Below are positions 24,527 to 37,470 of a stretch of 64,000 nucleotides of DNA, piece by piece. Each line of letters begins with the position of its first letter. The first letter of the stretch is position 1. The DNA is from Mobula birostris (Eukaryota), in NCBI RefSeq assembly GCF_030028105.1, contig NC_092398.1:24815649-24879648 (forward strand), written 5' to 3'. The notes beneath the pieces were generated by a model that had not been told where the DNA came from, ran no database searches, and was given only the letters and a program-made list of their open reading frames with translations. Position numbers and translations under genes: made by a program.

Positions 24527-25106
24527 AGTCCGATGAGCCCTGAGCCCAGACTCTCGTTTTGTGGCCACTGTCCACGGCTCTCCGGGTAACTGAGCCATTT
24601 CCTCCAGCCAAGATAGCGCCGAGCTTCAGTCTCTATCGAGGTTGTGGCTCAGACTGAAACTGATTTCGTAGGTTCGTATCAATGTTTTTGGTGACAGAGG
24701 GAGGTTTCACTGGTCAGGTTAGGATTTAGCGACAGGAATTGGGGCAATTAGAGGTCAGGCCAGATCTAGTGCTTTACTCCAGGAGCGAAGGCCACAGATG
24801 ACGTGAATGAAGGACTTTCATGGATGGGTGTCCAGTTGGCGAACATGTTGGACAAAGACTAGCTGGTTATCCTCCACACCCTGGGTCAGTCAGTTCGCTA
24901 TATAAGCAGTGGGATTCGACGTCGAGGAGGGCAGGATGGATGAGGGCTGGTGGCCCCTTAGCTACTCCAGTTGGTGTGTCTAGAGTAGGGCTCTAATGCC
25001 ATCGATGAGGCCGGAGTACGAGGAGGGTCCCATCATCATTGTGCCCTGTGGTCAGGGACTGAAGGTCGATCGCGAGTCTGGAAATTGAGACCCGATGGCC
25101 TCCGAC

Positions 25107-25880
25107 AGCCTCAGGATAGAGGGGCGTCCATTTAAAACAGAGATGTGGAGAAATTTCTTTATCCAGAGTCTGGGGAATTTGTCGAATCTGTCAGCTGTGG
25201 AGGCGAGGTCGTTTGGTGGATTTAAGTAAGAGCTTTATTGGTTCTTTACTGGACACGGCATCAAAGGTTACGGGGAGTGGGGCTGTGGCGTGGGTGGGGG
25301 GGGGGGGGGATCAGCCATGATTGAGTGGCAGAGCAGATTTGATGGGCCAAATAGCCTAATTCTTCCCCCATGTGTTAGGATGCTATGTTATGTCCAGCTA
25401 TTTACCTACTAAGATTAATCGAACCCTTCCCTCCCACATAGCCCTCCATTGTTCTATCATCCATTTCCCTGTCCAAGAGTTTCTTAAATATCCCCAAAGT
25501 ATGTGTGTCCACTACCACCCCGCTGATGCGTTCCGCGCACCCACCACTCTCTGTGTGAAAAACCTACCTCTGACATCCCCTCTATACTTTCCTCTCATCT
25601 CCTTAAAATTATACCCCTTCATATTAGCCATTTCCGCCCTGAGATAAAGCCTCTGGCTGTCCACTCGATCGATGCATATTATCGTCTTGCGCACCTCTAT
25701 CAGGTCACCTCTATCAGGACCTTTGCTGCGGAGAGAAAAGCCCCAGCTTTCTGAACCTGTCTTCATACGACACGCTCTCTAATCCAGGCAGCATTCTGGT
25801 AAATCTTCTCTGCACCCTCTCTAAATGAAGTGGCCTGAACTGAACACAATGCTTCAAGTGTGATATAACTGGAGTTCTGT
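25107..25880. mobile_element. Two tail-to-tail CR1 3' fragments (unit 2 homologs at about 51540-52600)
   Basis: Homology to the CR1 3' RT/UTR on both strands. Confidence 0.7.
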
Positions 25881-28051
25881 GGATATGAACCATTATCTGA
25901 TTCATCTGAAACTTAATCCTCCGACTGATGACGACCAATGCTCCTTATGCTTTCTTCACCATTCTCTCGCCTTGCTACCGACTTTGAGGCATCTATGGGC
26001 TCCGTCTCTGTTCCTCCGCACTGCTAAAAGTCCTGACATAAACTCTGCGTTCAAGTTCAACCTTACAAAGTGAGTTGTTTCACACTTTTCTGAGTGACAC
26101 TCTGAGGTGTCAGAGTTCAGTGAATCAGCGATGACAGACGCTTTGGAGAGGGTGCAGAAAATGGGGCAAATACAACTCATGGGTTGAAACGGCTTCTAGA
26201 TGGGCACGGGATAGAGGCACAGGAGCAGTATGACTTGGTCTGGCAGCATGGGCAACGACCTCATCTCTCTGGCTGTGAAACTGCAGAGGACCCTGCCACC
26301 ACCGGGGTCTCATCACAAAGACAACAGCCGTTTCCAGTTTACTGTTTACCGTTTACCTCTGTTGAGCGCTACACCGACATTGAATTATACTTATAAACTT
26401 ACCTGTGGCAATATTTTGTGTCATGCGCTGTGTATCATGTATATTTTGTATGTTTCCGTGGTCCCAGGGAGCAATGCTTCGTTTGATCGTATATATGTAC
26501 CACGAGATGATAACAAATGTGAACTTGAGAAGGAGAAAGGATAAGTGACGCGTAGAAGTTAAATATATCATGCACTGCGTGATTGTTGACTGGAAATCGT
26601 TGTCATACAGACTCATAGATGGTGATTTAAAGGAACATCTGAAAATATATGGACGGACACAAACGCAAGCGGAGGCTGGGGTGACAAGTGTATTTACCTA
26701 TGACAGGATTGTGTTGTAAACGCAGATGAAGGTTAATCCTGAATCGGTGGCCTGCTACACACTGTGCGTGGGGTGAGGTTAAATGCAATCATAAAGTATT
26801 TATTGAATGGACTGGATGCTTGGAAGCTTTAATGAACAGTCGGAACTTTGGCTGGACCTCCATGTCTTTCTAAATGTAACATGGCACGGAGAGATGTTGG
26901 TAAAGAAGGAGTAAGCATCCTTCTGTTAAATGATGGTATTTTAAGTGATGTTCAGTAAGTCATGCAGCACTGCGTGAATAATTGAACGTCGATATCTCCG
27001 ACTTCCAGTTCATTTTGCCCTTCTATTTTCCATTACTTTAATTCTCCACTCTGCCCCCACTTACCTCCTCTCTCTTCTCCCTGCGCATTTCCTCCGCATA
27101 CTGCCCCGTCCCTCTCTCCTGTGATCCACTCGCTTTTCCGATCTGATTCCTTCTTCTGCTATTTGTCTTCCACTTATCACCACTTAACATTGCTTCACAC
27201 CCCTCTCGTATTCACTACTTTAACTGCAACTTTCTAGTCTGTACACATTCCCCTCTGTCCACCTTATTACTCTGATTTCTTTCCTCTTCCTTTCCAGTTT
27301 CGATGAAGGGTTCCGGAAAACTCGACTGTTTATTCATTTATATAGATTCTGCCTGAACTAATGACCCCCCACGATTTTGTTTGCGCTTCTGAGGATACTT
27401 AGCATCTGCAAAATCTCTTCGCTGCAGAAATACACACATTTGGACCGTCGTTCATTTGGTCTTCTAAGCATCACTTAGACAGAGTATTGATTAAGCAGAG
27501 ATTGACCATGGAGACGCACATGAGGAGTTTAAATTAGCGTTATTGTTGGCACCCCAATCATGTGCCGAAATGTCTATTCCTGTGCTGGACTCATCTGTAT
27601 TCATCATTTTCACCCACGTATTTATAAAATTGAGTTAAGTGCGGATTCTTTGATTCGAATACTGGGCCAGACAGCCCTGTTTCCCATACTTCTTGAGAGA
27701 CAAACAGAATGATAGAATGCGGCACGCAACTGCTGATATTTATTCGGCGACATAGAAGCTAGTCGTTTTTAAAGGAGCGGTAATTTGAGGGAGGATGTTT
27801 CATTTTAAGACTATTATTATTTTTCTTATTTATCGATACAGCAGGGTTGCAGGGGTTTCCACCAGAACCTTCACGTCTTTGGAATGTGTATGCAACAGAG
27901 GCGTCTGGAGTAAACATCCGCCGTGGCCGATAGATCGCACAAAATTCATAGAGACGGCTGTGGGGACTGAAAGCGCGCCTCAGGCGCTGTGAAGCATTGT
28001 GCCAACCACTACGCTACGTTTAATTGGTGGACTTAGTTTCCGATTAGCTTG

Positions 28052-28950
28052 TCACACCAGGCGAGAGAATGGAGATTTCAACACCTCCCGCATCTGCTCC
28101 CTGAACTTCTTCTGGGTCAAGGCGTAAAGAGCCGTGTTTGTGCAGCAGCTTAGAAGCTGCAGCATGTAGCCCAGCTCCCTCATGGTCGAAGGTGGGAACG
28201 AGGCATACATCAGATATGATGAACGAAAAAAATATGATCGAATCCACACAGTGTGCACAACAAAAACCACCCACAACACGATGAAATTCGCCGACACGAC
28301 AAACAGTAAAATGAGCGACTTCCTCCGGCTTTGCATCTCCGGGTCTTTGGAGCTATCCCCAATGCTGTGATTCCGGAGTCTCCTCCGAGATCTGCTCGCC
28401 AGTACCACGTGTCTGATGGTCAAAGCATTGAGCAGCAGAATGACCACAAACGGGATCACAGGCGTCAGAAAGAAGCTGCAAGACTCGACTACTGTCCAGG
28501 CAACTGAGAACAGAACACCGTCTCTTCCGTGGCAAAACCAAGGGACGTTATTAAACTGGTAGCGTCCTGAGAGCAAAAAATACCAGAAAATGTTCTTTAA
28601 ACAGCTCAGGGCGGCCACAGTCCACAGAACAACAGCCGCAGTTCTCTCGGTGCAGTATTTAGCTTTCAGATTCTGGAAGCGAATAGCCATGAATCGGTCG
28701 AAGGTGAACATGACGGTGAACCAGACGGAGCAGTCGTTGGCTGTGTAACGTAGGACGGCGTGGATATTACAAACGGGGATGTTCATCAGGAATATAAACG
28801 CTCCCCAAAAAACAATAGGAATCTGCCTCAATACCAGGTCAAAGACAACAACGACAAGATCCGCCATTGCCATGGCCATCAAATAACGAGCGACGCCTTT
28901 CGAAAGACCGCACTTTCCCTGGGACAGGACCACAATCGTCAGCACGTTCA
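28052..28950 (-). CDS. GPR139/GPR142-like GPCR, copy 2, exon 2 (ORF and acceptor intact)
   Basis: 8 aa differences from copy 1; no stops or frameshifts. Confidence 0.85.
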
Positions 28951-29855
28951 CTATTGGGATTGAAAGAAACACAAGCATGTTTGTGGGCAAGGAATACTGT
29001 CAGCACAGTCACAGACAGGAAATATGGAAACATGTTTTTGAACCCAGAATGGAAGACTGCAGTTTTCCAGCATCAGTGATGTCTGCTGGTGACGAGGATT
29101 ATAACTCAGTGAAGTCGACAAAGAACTGGAAAATAACGTCACAACGCCAAACAACGAACAGCTGAGAAAATGTGCTCTCGGATTTCGGTGAAGATGGATT
29201 TGAAATAGGGCTCGAAATTGGTCAGTGAATTGGAATTGCTTTACTATTACGGAAGTAGAATAACAAGGGTACAGGGCAACACGCGTCTCCACAATATGCA
29301 TACAGATCAATTCTTTACTCAGTGCTTTGAGGCGTAACGTAATATCAGCTCAGGCTCTCCACTTCTTCTGCCGGTCTTTTAAATTTATACAATATTTCGG
29401 AAGCCGTCCATTTTATACTGCAGTCCAAATTGGGAGTTCGGTATCTAAGGCTGCAAGGGAGGCTTACTCAGTTGAAAATTTTAAACGCCAGCTCAGAAGA
29501 TCTTTATTTCACCTTGATTTTAACTGGAATTATTTTGTCTGCTCTTTTCATGTTATTTCTGTTTGTATTATAAAAGCACATTAAAACTTCGTCTATTTGG
29601 AAAGTGCTCTAATTATTGTTATTATTATTTTTATTGTTGCTGTTTTTGTTGTTGTGATTATTGTTGTTTAAAGAAAAAAAAACGGGGAGATAAATGTTAT
29701 TGACCGAATCTGTCAATGTATTACAGGATCATCATCAAAAGTTCAGTTAGTGAGGACGATGGACTGCGTTAACCCGAAAATGTCATTAAATTCCTACCTA
29801 TCAAATCTGTTTACAGGAACCCGTGATCACTGCTTCTGCTTCTCTGGTCAGCAAC

Positions 29856-30026
29856 AACCAAGGCGAGAACGGGATAGTAGATGGGCTGAATTGTCCAGAG
29901 TAAATACCAGATCCGTATGTCTGTTTGTATCCAAGGGTCATTCGAAAAAATATAGGGAGCCAGGCTGAAGACACCCTTCCCTGTCCCTGGAACATTCCAT
30001 GGTCCTATTTCTCGTTCCTGAACCAT
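29856..30026 (-). pseudogene. GPCR copy 2, exon 1 with the splice donor deleted
   Basis: A 14-bp deletion (ttaccgggaaatgc, + strand) at 29855/29856 removes GT and the last exon codons. The frame reads through to TAA at 29811-29813. Confidence 0.8.
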
Positions 30027-32936
30027 TGCCCGTCACTGTTCCCAGATTCCAGTCGGTGACCGGCGATTCGCACGCTGCACATCTAACCGTTCACGTAAAA
30101 TTCCACTTTGATGTTCGCAGTTCCCCAATTATTGGCTTCCGCTGTCGAGCCACTGCGGTCTGTGTGTGACGGAGGTGTTGCTCTCGCTAATACTATGAAT
30201 CTTAATCGAAAGGAGCAATTTTAAATACAGCTGCTAATCCCCCAGTGACACAACAGGCTCCATCCGGGCTGACGTTAATTAACATACATCTATGGTTAAC
30301 CCCTTTGGATCCGGATCGCGGGTGCCAAAGGTAAAACGAATTATTAAACAGGGTGGTGATGTCTAGGATATATGTCCACCGATCTCGGACATTGGTTCTG
30401 CATTATCTTGCAGGAGACAGAATAGCCTGCAAGCACGTACCATTTGGCTCAGTAACAGCTTCAATCACGACATTATTAAAATATTCAACCCTTCCCCCTG
30501 ACGATTAGATGGACTCTTGATATTGCAATCTGCCTCACTCTGACTTTGCAATTTGTTGTTCCCTTGCGCCGCACCTTCTCTGTAACTGCAGCACTTTATT
30601 CTGCATTCTGTCATTGTATGACCCGGAAATCAATGCACTGAGGCAATCATTCTTTTTTTTTGAATGAGGAGTGTGTAAAACAAGGTTGTTTTCTTTTCCC
30701 AGCATCGACAAACACAATGAAGTCCCGTGTACCATCAGTGTCCCACCAGGCAAGATGCTGCGCAGCGTCCTCACCAGGACCAGCAGTATCTAAAACAGTT
30801 ACTTTCTCCAGACAGTAAGGTTGATCGACACTTATACCGACCAACACATTCCACCAGCTCCCTCTACCATCCAACACCACTACTTTATCATTTCCTATCA
30901 GTAAACATGTGAACAGCCCTTAGAGTCACGTTGTAGACATATCAATCTCTGAATATGAACTATATATGTATTTATATTCATTGTCCTTTTTATTACTGTG
31001 CTCTTTGCCCTATTGTGTTTTTTGGCGCTGCAATGGATCCGGAGTAACAACTGTTTCGTTCTCCTTTGCGCTTGTGTGATGGAAATAATACTGAACAATT
31101 CTGAATCTTGAATAATAAACCCATTTACTAATTGAGCACTCTGCAGTGTGATGGACCAATCGGTTAGGGAGCGGCTTGCAGGTCTGATGAAAGGCTCAGA
31201 GGGGATCCTTTCTTTCGACGGGAGGAGGCTGATGGAAACCTTGCAACTTTGCTCCAGCTAATCTGACGTCACTGCGTCGGCGATGAAGGAGTGGTTCATG
31301 TTGTATCGGATGAGTGACAATTCGGAAATTATGCGGTCGAAATTGCTTTATTTATGAAAGAGATTTGGACCAAATCTGTATTAAAGTTCAACATATATTA
31401 AATCCCGTTTAAACGCCCATCCACTCGACTGAAACAATGACAACAAACACAGACTGTTGGAGGAGCTCGGCAGATCAGGCAGCCTATGTGGAAGTGAATA
31501 AACAGTGGACGTTTCCGGTCGAGAACTTTCATCTGGACCGAAGATGAAGCAGGCACACGCCAGAAGAAATGGTGAGGGAGGGGATAAGAAATACAGACCG
31601 GTATGAGATACTTGTAGCCAAGTGAGCGGGTAAATGGGTGGGTGGGGAAGAGGGATGAAGTAAAGACGTTGTCGTTGATATTTGGAAAAAATAAGAGCAA
31701 GAGAAGAAGGAATCTGATAAGAGAGGGGAATAGACCATAGGGGAAATTGAAGGAGGTGGTCACAAGGGGGAGGTGATCTGCTTGTGAGGGAATGAAGGAA
31801 GAGTGGTGTCAGAATGGATAATTGAAGAAAAGGGAAGGGGAGGGGAGAAAATTATCGGAAAACATTAAAAAATTGACATTTTTCTTTTTATGCACCTACC
31901 ATATCAAAAATATTTCCACGATTAAACCGGTTAGTACATCTGATGTGCTGCGTTTGGATCACATCGCAGGAAAATATAAGTAAGCCTACCAATATTTCGT
32001 CATAACCTGCAACCCAACAGATTGCCCAGAGATTCTCCTCCGCAATGCTTTGCATCCTCCTGTACAACGGTGACCAGAATTACCCACAGTACTCTACAAG
32101 CGGGCAACGTAATGTTATGCACATATCTTCATTATGATGCTATAATTTGTGGGTTCAATACCTCACCCTGGGTCCCTTTCACTTTCCAGTTTTACCCTTT
32201 ATACTCACAGGTACGCCCTGTCCTTCGCCTGTTGATCACTATGTTAACACTCTCTCACTCGCCGTCTCTTCTTTCTGTTCGACTGCTGCTAGTTGTCGAC
32301 GAAATGTCTGGATATTATCCCTGCTCTAGTTTATGGGCACAACGCTGTGAACCTTCATCGTTATTCGCGCCTGTGTTTCCTTTTCTTACAATTCTCCACC
32401 CTCTCTATCCTTACCCTCTCTCCTTGTCCCTGACTCTCACTCTCTCTCTCTCTCTAGCTGTGCTCCAGACCCCCTTGCTGTGTTGGCATCCATTGTGCGC
32501 ACACCAGACAGCAGTACAAATGGGGCTCTATGTTGAGGGATGTGTGCACACAGAACAAACAAGCGCAAAGCGGCGGTGTAGAGAGGACTCAAGTGCACTG
32601 GGGACAGTTTTCGGATGTGTCTGTACAGACCGGACCAGTTAACGATGAAATTTCTTTTGCCACACCTGCCATTGGAAAACATACTTCCGTGATTAATCCC
32701 GTCTGTGCATTTCATCAACTGATGTATTTCCTTCGGGTCACCTTGCACGGAAGTTACGATCAACCTGTCCAATAGAGAGAGTCGTGGTGTAATAGAAAAG
32801 TACAGCACAGGAGAAGACCCTTCGGCCAATCTAGTCTGAGCCGAACCAATTAAACTTCTACTCCCCTCGACCTACACGCCTATCACAGCCCTCCCTAACC
32901 CAGGTATCCGATTATCTATCAAAGCGTCTCTCAGAC

Positions 32937-34094
32937 CAGAGGTTCGCAACCATCGGGCCGCAGATCGGTACCGGGCCGCAAAGCATGTGCTACCGGGCCG
33001 CGAGGAAACCTTTCCTCATTCCCTGTCACGTACTTTTGAGCCATTACGCATGCGAGGTCATTAACCGCGCTTCATCCATCTCACCGCGGGAAGGAGATCA
33101 ATTCCCCGAGCTTGCAAATGACGGCAGGCTGAAAAGTATGTTTGACATAACATCTCAGCCAGCATTCTAGATCAAAGTCAAGGCTAGATAACCTGAGATA
33201 GCCACGAAAGCACTGAAAACGCTGCTTCCATTTCCAAACTATCTCTGCGAAGCAGGCTTTTCTGCAATGAATGCAACGAAAACTAAATTGCGGAATAGAC
33301 TGGACATAAGTAACCCCCTTCGAGTACCGCTGTCTCCCATCACTCCTCGATAGGACCGTCTCCTTGCAGGGAAACAAGCGCAGGGCTCCCAATGATTCAC
33401 CGATATTGGCGTGTTGCAATGATTCTATATGTTCATACGGGGAAAATATGTGTTGTGTGTTTAATATCCAAACGTTACTTAGAATGTTATGATGCTATTG
33501 ACTTATATAACCATATAACAATTACAGCACAGAAACAAACTACCTCTGCCCTTCTCGTCCGTGCTGAACGCTTACCCTCACCTAGTCCCAACGTTCAGCA
33601 CTCAGCCCACAACCTGTCCTTTCCTGTCCATATATCTATGCATTTTTTCTATAAATGATAATATCGAACCTGCCTCTACCACTTCTACTGGAATCTCCTT
33701 CAACACTTACTTCAAGCTCCCCTGTCCTCCCCTGATAACTGATTTATCACTATATTCATGCGAGGAAAATATGCGCTGTGTGTTTAATATTAAATTCGCC
33801 AGATAAACCCTTTTAGAAAGGAAATTGAGTGTATTAGGCACTTATTACCGATATTCCGGATGTGGTTCCCCCGCACCGCCGAACAGAATCGCCAAAAGCA
33901 ATTTGTAGGGGAAAAAATCGTCACGTAAACGCATTCGCACTGGTGCCCGCACAAGGCTTCATTCTCATTGAAGTCTTTTTCGGGTAAACACAACGTATTT
34001 GTCTGCTACTCTTGTCCGTTGCCAATCCTACTCCCCACCACCACTCCAGCCCCCCAGTCGGCCGGTCCGCAGTGCAAAAATTTGGGGACCCCTG
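32937..34094 (+). mobile_element. Buster-type element, unit 2
   Basis: Homolog of 5825-6999, with a subterminal deletion of about 30 bp shared with unit 3. Confidence 0.85.
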
Positions 34095-34415
34095 ATCGTT
34101 TGCAGTGCTTTGCTGTTTGAAAGAAGATTCCAGGAAGTGAGTGCAAGCTCGAACGACCTTAAAGTGAAACAGTTTAGAGGTGGTGCGCCAGCCACTGATA
34201 GACTCCATTTCGCCGATTAAAGCATCGAGGAAGATTGAAATCAAGGCGAGTGCAGAAAGTGAGTGAGGGTTTAAAACTGACTGCTGTTTGATCGCAGGGA
34301 CGGATCTCTCTGTTGTCAGATGAGTTGTGTAGTACCTTTCACTCACTGTTACCGGAGGGTAGGCCTCTGTGCTTCAGTGGTCTCTCTATCTCCATCTCTT
34401 GACGTTGGTCAGAGG

Positions 34416-37081
34416 ACATAAGCCGGGTAGCTGTGGAATCGATATGGGTAGGGCTGCGTAACACTAAGGGGCAGAAGACGATGGTGGGAGTTGTGTACAG
34501 GCCACCTAACAGTAGTAGTGAGGTCGGAGATGGTATTAAACAGGAAATTAGAAATGTGTGCAATAAAGGAACAGCAGTTACAATGGGTGACTTCAATCTA
34601 CATGTAGATTGGGTGAACCAAATTGGTAAAGGTGCTGAGGAAGAGGATTTCTTGGAATGTATGCGGGATGGTTTTTTGAGCCAAAATGTCGAGGAACCAA
34701 CTGGAGAGCAGGCTATTCTGGACTGGGTTCTGAGCAATGAGGAAGGGTTAATTAGCAATCTTGTCGTGAGAGGCCCTTTGGGTAAGAGTGACCATAATAT
34801 GGTGGAATTCTTCATTAAGATGGAGAGTGACATAGTTAATTCAGAAACAAAGCTTCTGAATTTAAGGAGGGGTAACTTTGAAGGTATGAGACGTGAATTC
34901 GCTAAGATAGACTGGCAAATGACACTTAAAGGATTGACGGTGGATATGCAATGGCAAGCATTTAAAGGTTGCATGGATGAACTACAACAATTGTTCATCC
35001 CAGTTTGGCAAAAGAATAAATCAAGGAAGGTAGTGCACCCGTGGCTGACAAGAGAAATTAGGATAGTATCAATTCCAAAGAAGAAGCATACAAATTAGCC
35101 AGAAAAAGTAGCTCACCTGAGGACTGGGAAAAATTCAGAGTTCAGCAGAGGAGGACAAAGGGCTTAATTAGGAAGGGGAAAAAAGATTATGAGAGAAAAC
35201 TGGCAGGGAACATAAAAACTGACTGTAAAAGCTTTTATAGATATGCAAAAAGGAAAAGACTGGTAAAGACAAATGTAGGTCCCCTACAGACAGCAACAGG
35301 TGAAATGATTATGGGGAGCAAAGACATGGCAGACCAATTGAATAATTACTTTGGTTCTGTTTTCACTAAGGAGGACATAAATAATCTTCCAGAAATAGTA
35401 GGGGACAGAGGATCTAGTGAGATGGAGGAACTGAGCGAAATACATGTTAGTAGGGAAGTGGTGTGAGGCAAATTGAAGGGATTAAAGGCAGATAAATCCG
35501 CAGGGCCAGATGATCTGCATCCCAGAGTGCTTCAGGAATTAGCCCAAGAAATAGTGGATGCATTAGTGATAATTTTTCAAAACTCTTCAGATTCTGGACT
35601 AGTTCTTGAGGATTGGAGGGTGGCTAATGTAACCTCACTTTTTAAAAAAGCAGGGAGAGAGAAACTGGGGAATTATAGACCGGTTAGCCTAACATCGTGG
35701 TGGGGAAAATGCTAGAGTCAGTTACCAAAGATGAGATAACAGCACATTTGGAGAGTGGTGAAATCATCGGACAAAGTTAGCATGGATTTGTGAAAGGAAA
35801 ATCATGTCTGATGAATCTCATAGAATTTTTTGAGGATGTAACTAGTAGAGTGGACAGGGAGAGAACCAGTGCATGTGGAATATTTGGATTTTCAAAAGGC
35901 TTTTGACAAGGTCCCACACAGGAGATTAGTGTGCAAACTTAAAGCACACGGTATTGGGGGTAAGGTATTGACGTGGATGGAGAATTGGTTAGCAGACAGG
36001 AAGCAAAGAGTGGGAATAAACGGGACCTTTTCAGAATGGCAGGCGGTGACTAGTGGGTACCGCAAGGCTCAGTGCTCGGACCCCAGTTGTTTACAATATA
36101 TATTAATGACTTGGATGAGGGAATTAAATGCAGCATCTCCAAGTTTGCGGATGACACGAAGCTGGGTGGCAGTGTTAGCTGTGAGGAGGATGCTAAGAGA
36201 ATGCGCAGTGACTTGGATAGGTTGGGTGAGTGGGCAAATTCATGGCAGATGCAATTTAATGTGGATAAATGTGAAGTTATCCACTTTGGTGGCAAAAATA
36301 GGAAAACAGATTATTATCTGAATGGTGGCCGATTAGGAAAAGGGGAGGTGCAACGAGACCTGGGTGTCATTATACACCAGTCATTGAAAGTGGGCATGCA
36401 GGTACAGCAGGCGGTGAAAAAGGCGAATGGTATGCTGGCATTTATAGCGAGAGGATTCGAGTACAGTAGCATGGTGGTACTACTGCAGTTGTACAAGGCC
36501 TTGGTGAGACCACACCTGGAGTCTTGTGTGCAGTTTTGGTCCCCTAATCTGAGGAAAGACAACCTTGCCATAGAGGGAGTACAAAGAAGGTTCACCAGAT
36601 TGATTCTTGGGATGGCAGGACTTTCATATGAAGAAAGACTGGATGAACTGGGCTTGTACTCGTTGAAATTTAGAAGATTGAGGAGGTATCTGATTGAAAC
36701 GTATAAAATCCTAAAGGGATTGGACAGGCTAGATGCAGGAAGATTGTTCCCGATGTTGGGGAAGTCCAGAACAAGGGGTCACAGTTTGAGAATAAAGGGG
36801 AAGCCTTTTAGGACCGAGATTAGGAAAAACTTCTTCACACAGAGAGTGGTGAATCTGTGGAATTCTCTGCCACAGGAAACAGTTGAGGCCAGTTCATTGG
36901 CTATATTTAAGAGGGAGTGAGATATGGCCCTTGTGGCTACGGGGATCAGGGGGTATGGAGGGAAGGCTGGGGCGGGTTTCTGAGTTGGATGATCAGCCAT
37001 GATCATAATAAATGGCGGTGCAGGCTCGAAGGGCCGAATGGCCTACTCCTGCATTAATTTACTGTGTTTCTATGTTTCGAT
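34416..37081 (+). mobile_element. 5'-truncated CR1 LINE (part of the endonuclease, RT and 3'UTR); absent from unit 1
   Basis: GVVYRPP, GDFN, SDH, NYRPVSLTS, YLDFQKAFDKVPH and KFADD motifs; (TATGTTTC)2 tail; stops and frameshifts. Confidence 0.95.
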
Positions 37082-37470
37082 GATATTACTGGGGCTCTGC
37101 ATTTATGCACTGGACGATGAAGTTGTTCGGTCTTATGATGTTTATATTCTCTGTTTTCGTCAGTTATTTCTCGTTATTGTGTGGCGTGTTTTGTAACTTC
37201 TTTGTGTGAGCGAAAGGAGTTTGGAGTTTGATGTTCTTGTTCTTGACAGTTTTTTTTGTGCGCGTGTAGGTTTTGATGTTTATCTTTGAATTATTTCCAT
37301 GCATTTCTTTGTACTGTGGCTATCTGGAGAAGCCAAATCTCAGAGTTGCACACTGAGTACATAATTTAATAATAAATGAACCTTTGAACGATTTTTGATG
37401 CCTGACGGGGCGATTTGTGTATCTCAGAGAATGTTGAGCTCATGGGATTATCAGGCACGAGTCTCTAGAG

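Larger units (their letters stand above)
1..27219. repeat. Tandem segmental duplication, unit 1 (about 27.2 kb; phase set by the window start)
   Basis: The sequence at 1 (ttaactg...tttctagtctgtacacatt) recurs at 27220 and 53943. GPCR ORF offsets are 27,219 and 53,943, and repeat content is collinear. Confidence 0.97.

Noticed and set aside
36072-36920. 282-aa RT ORF (also 62814-63662) as an active retrotransposon or host gene
   Set aside because: It belongs to a 5'-truncated CR1 with upstream stops and frameshifts.
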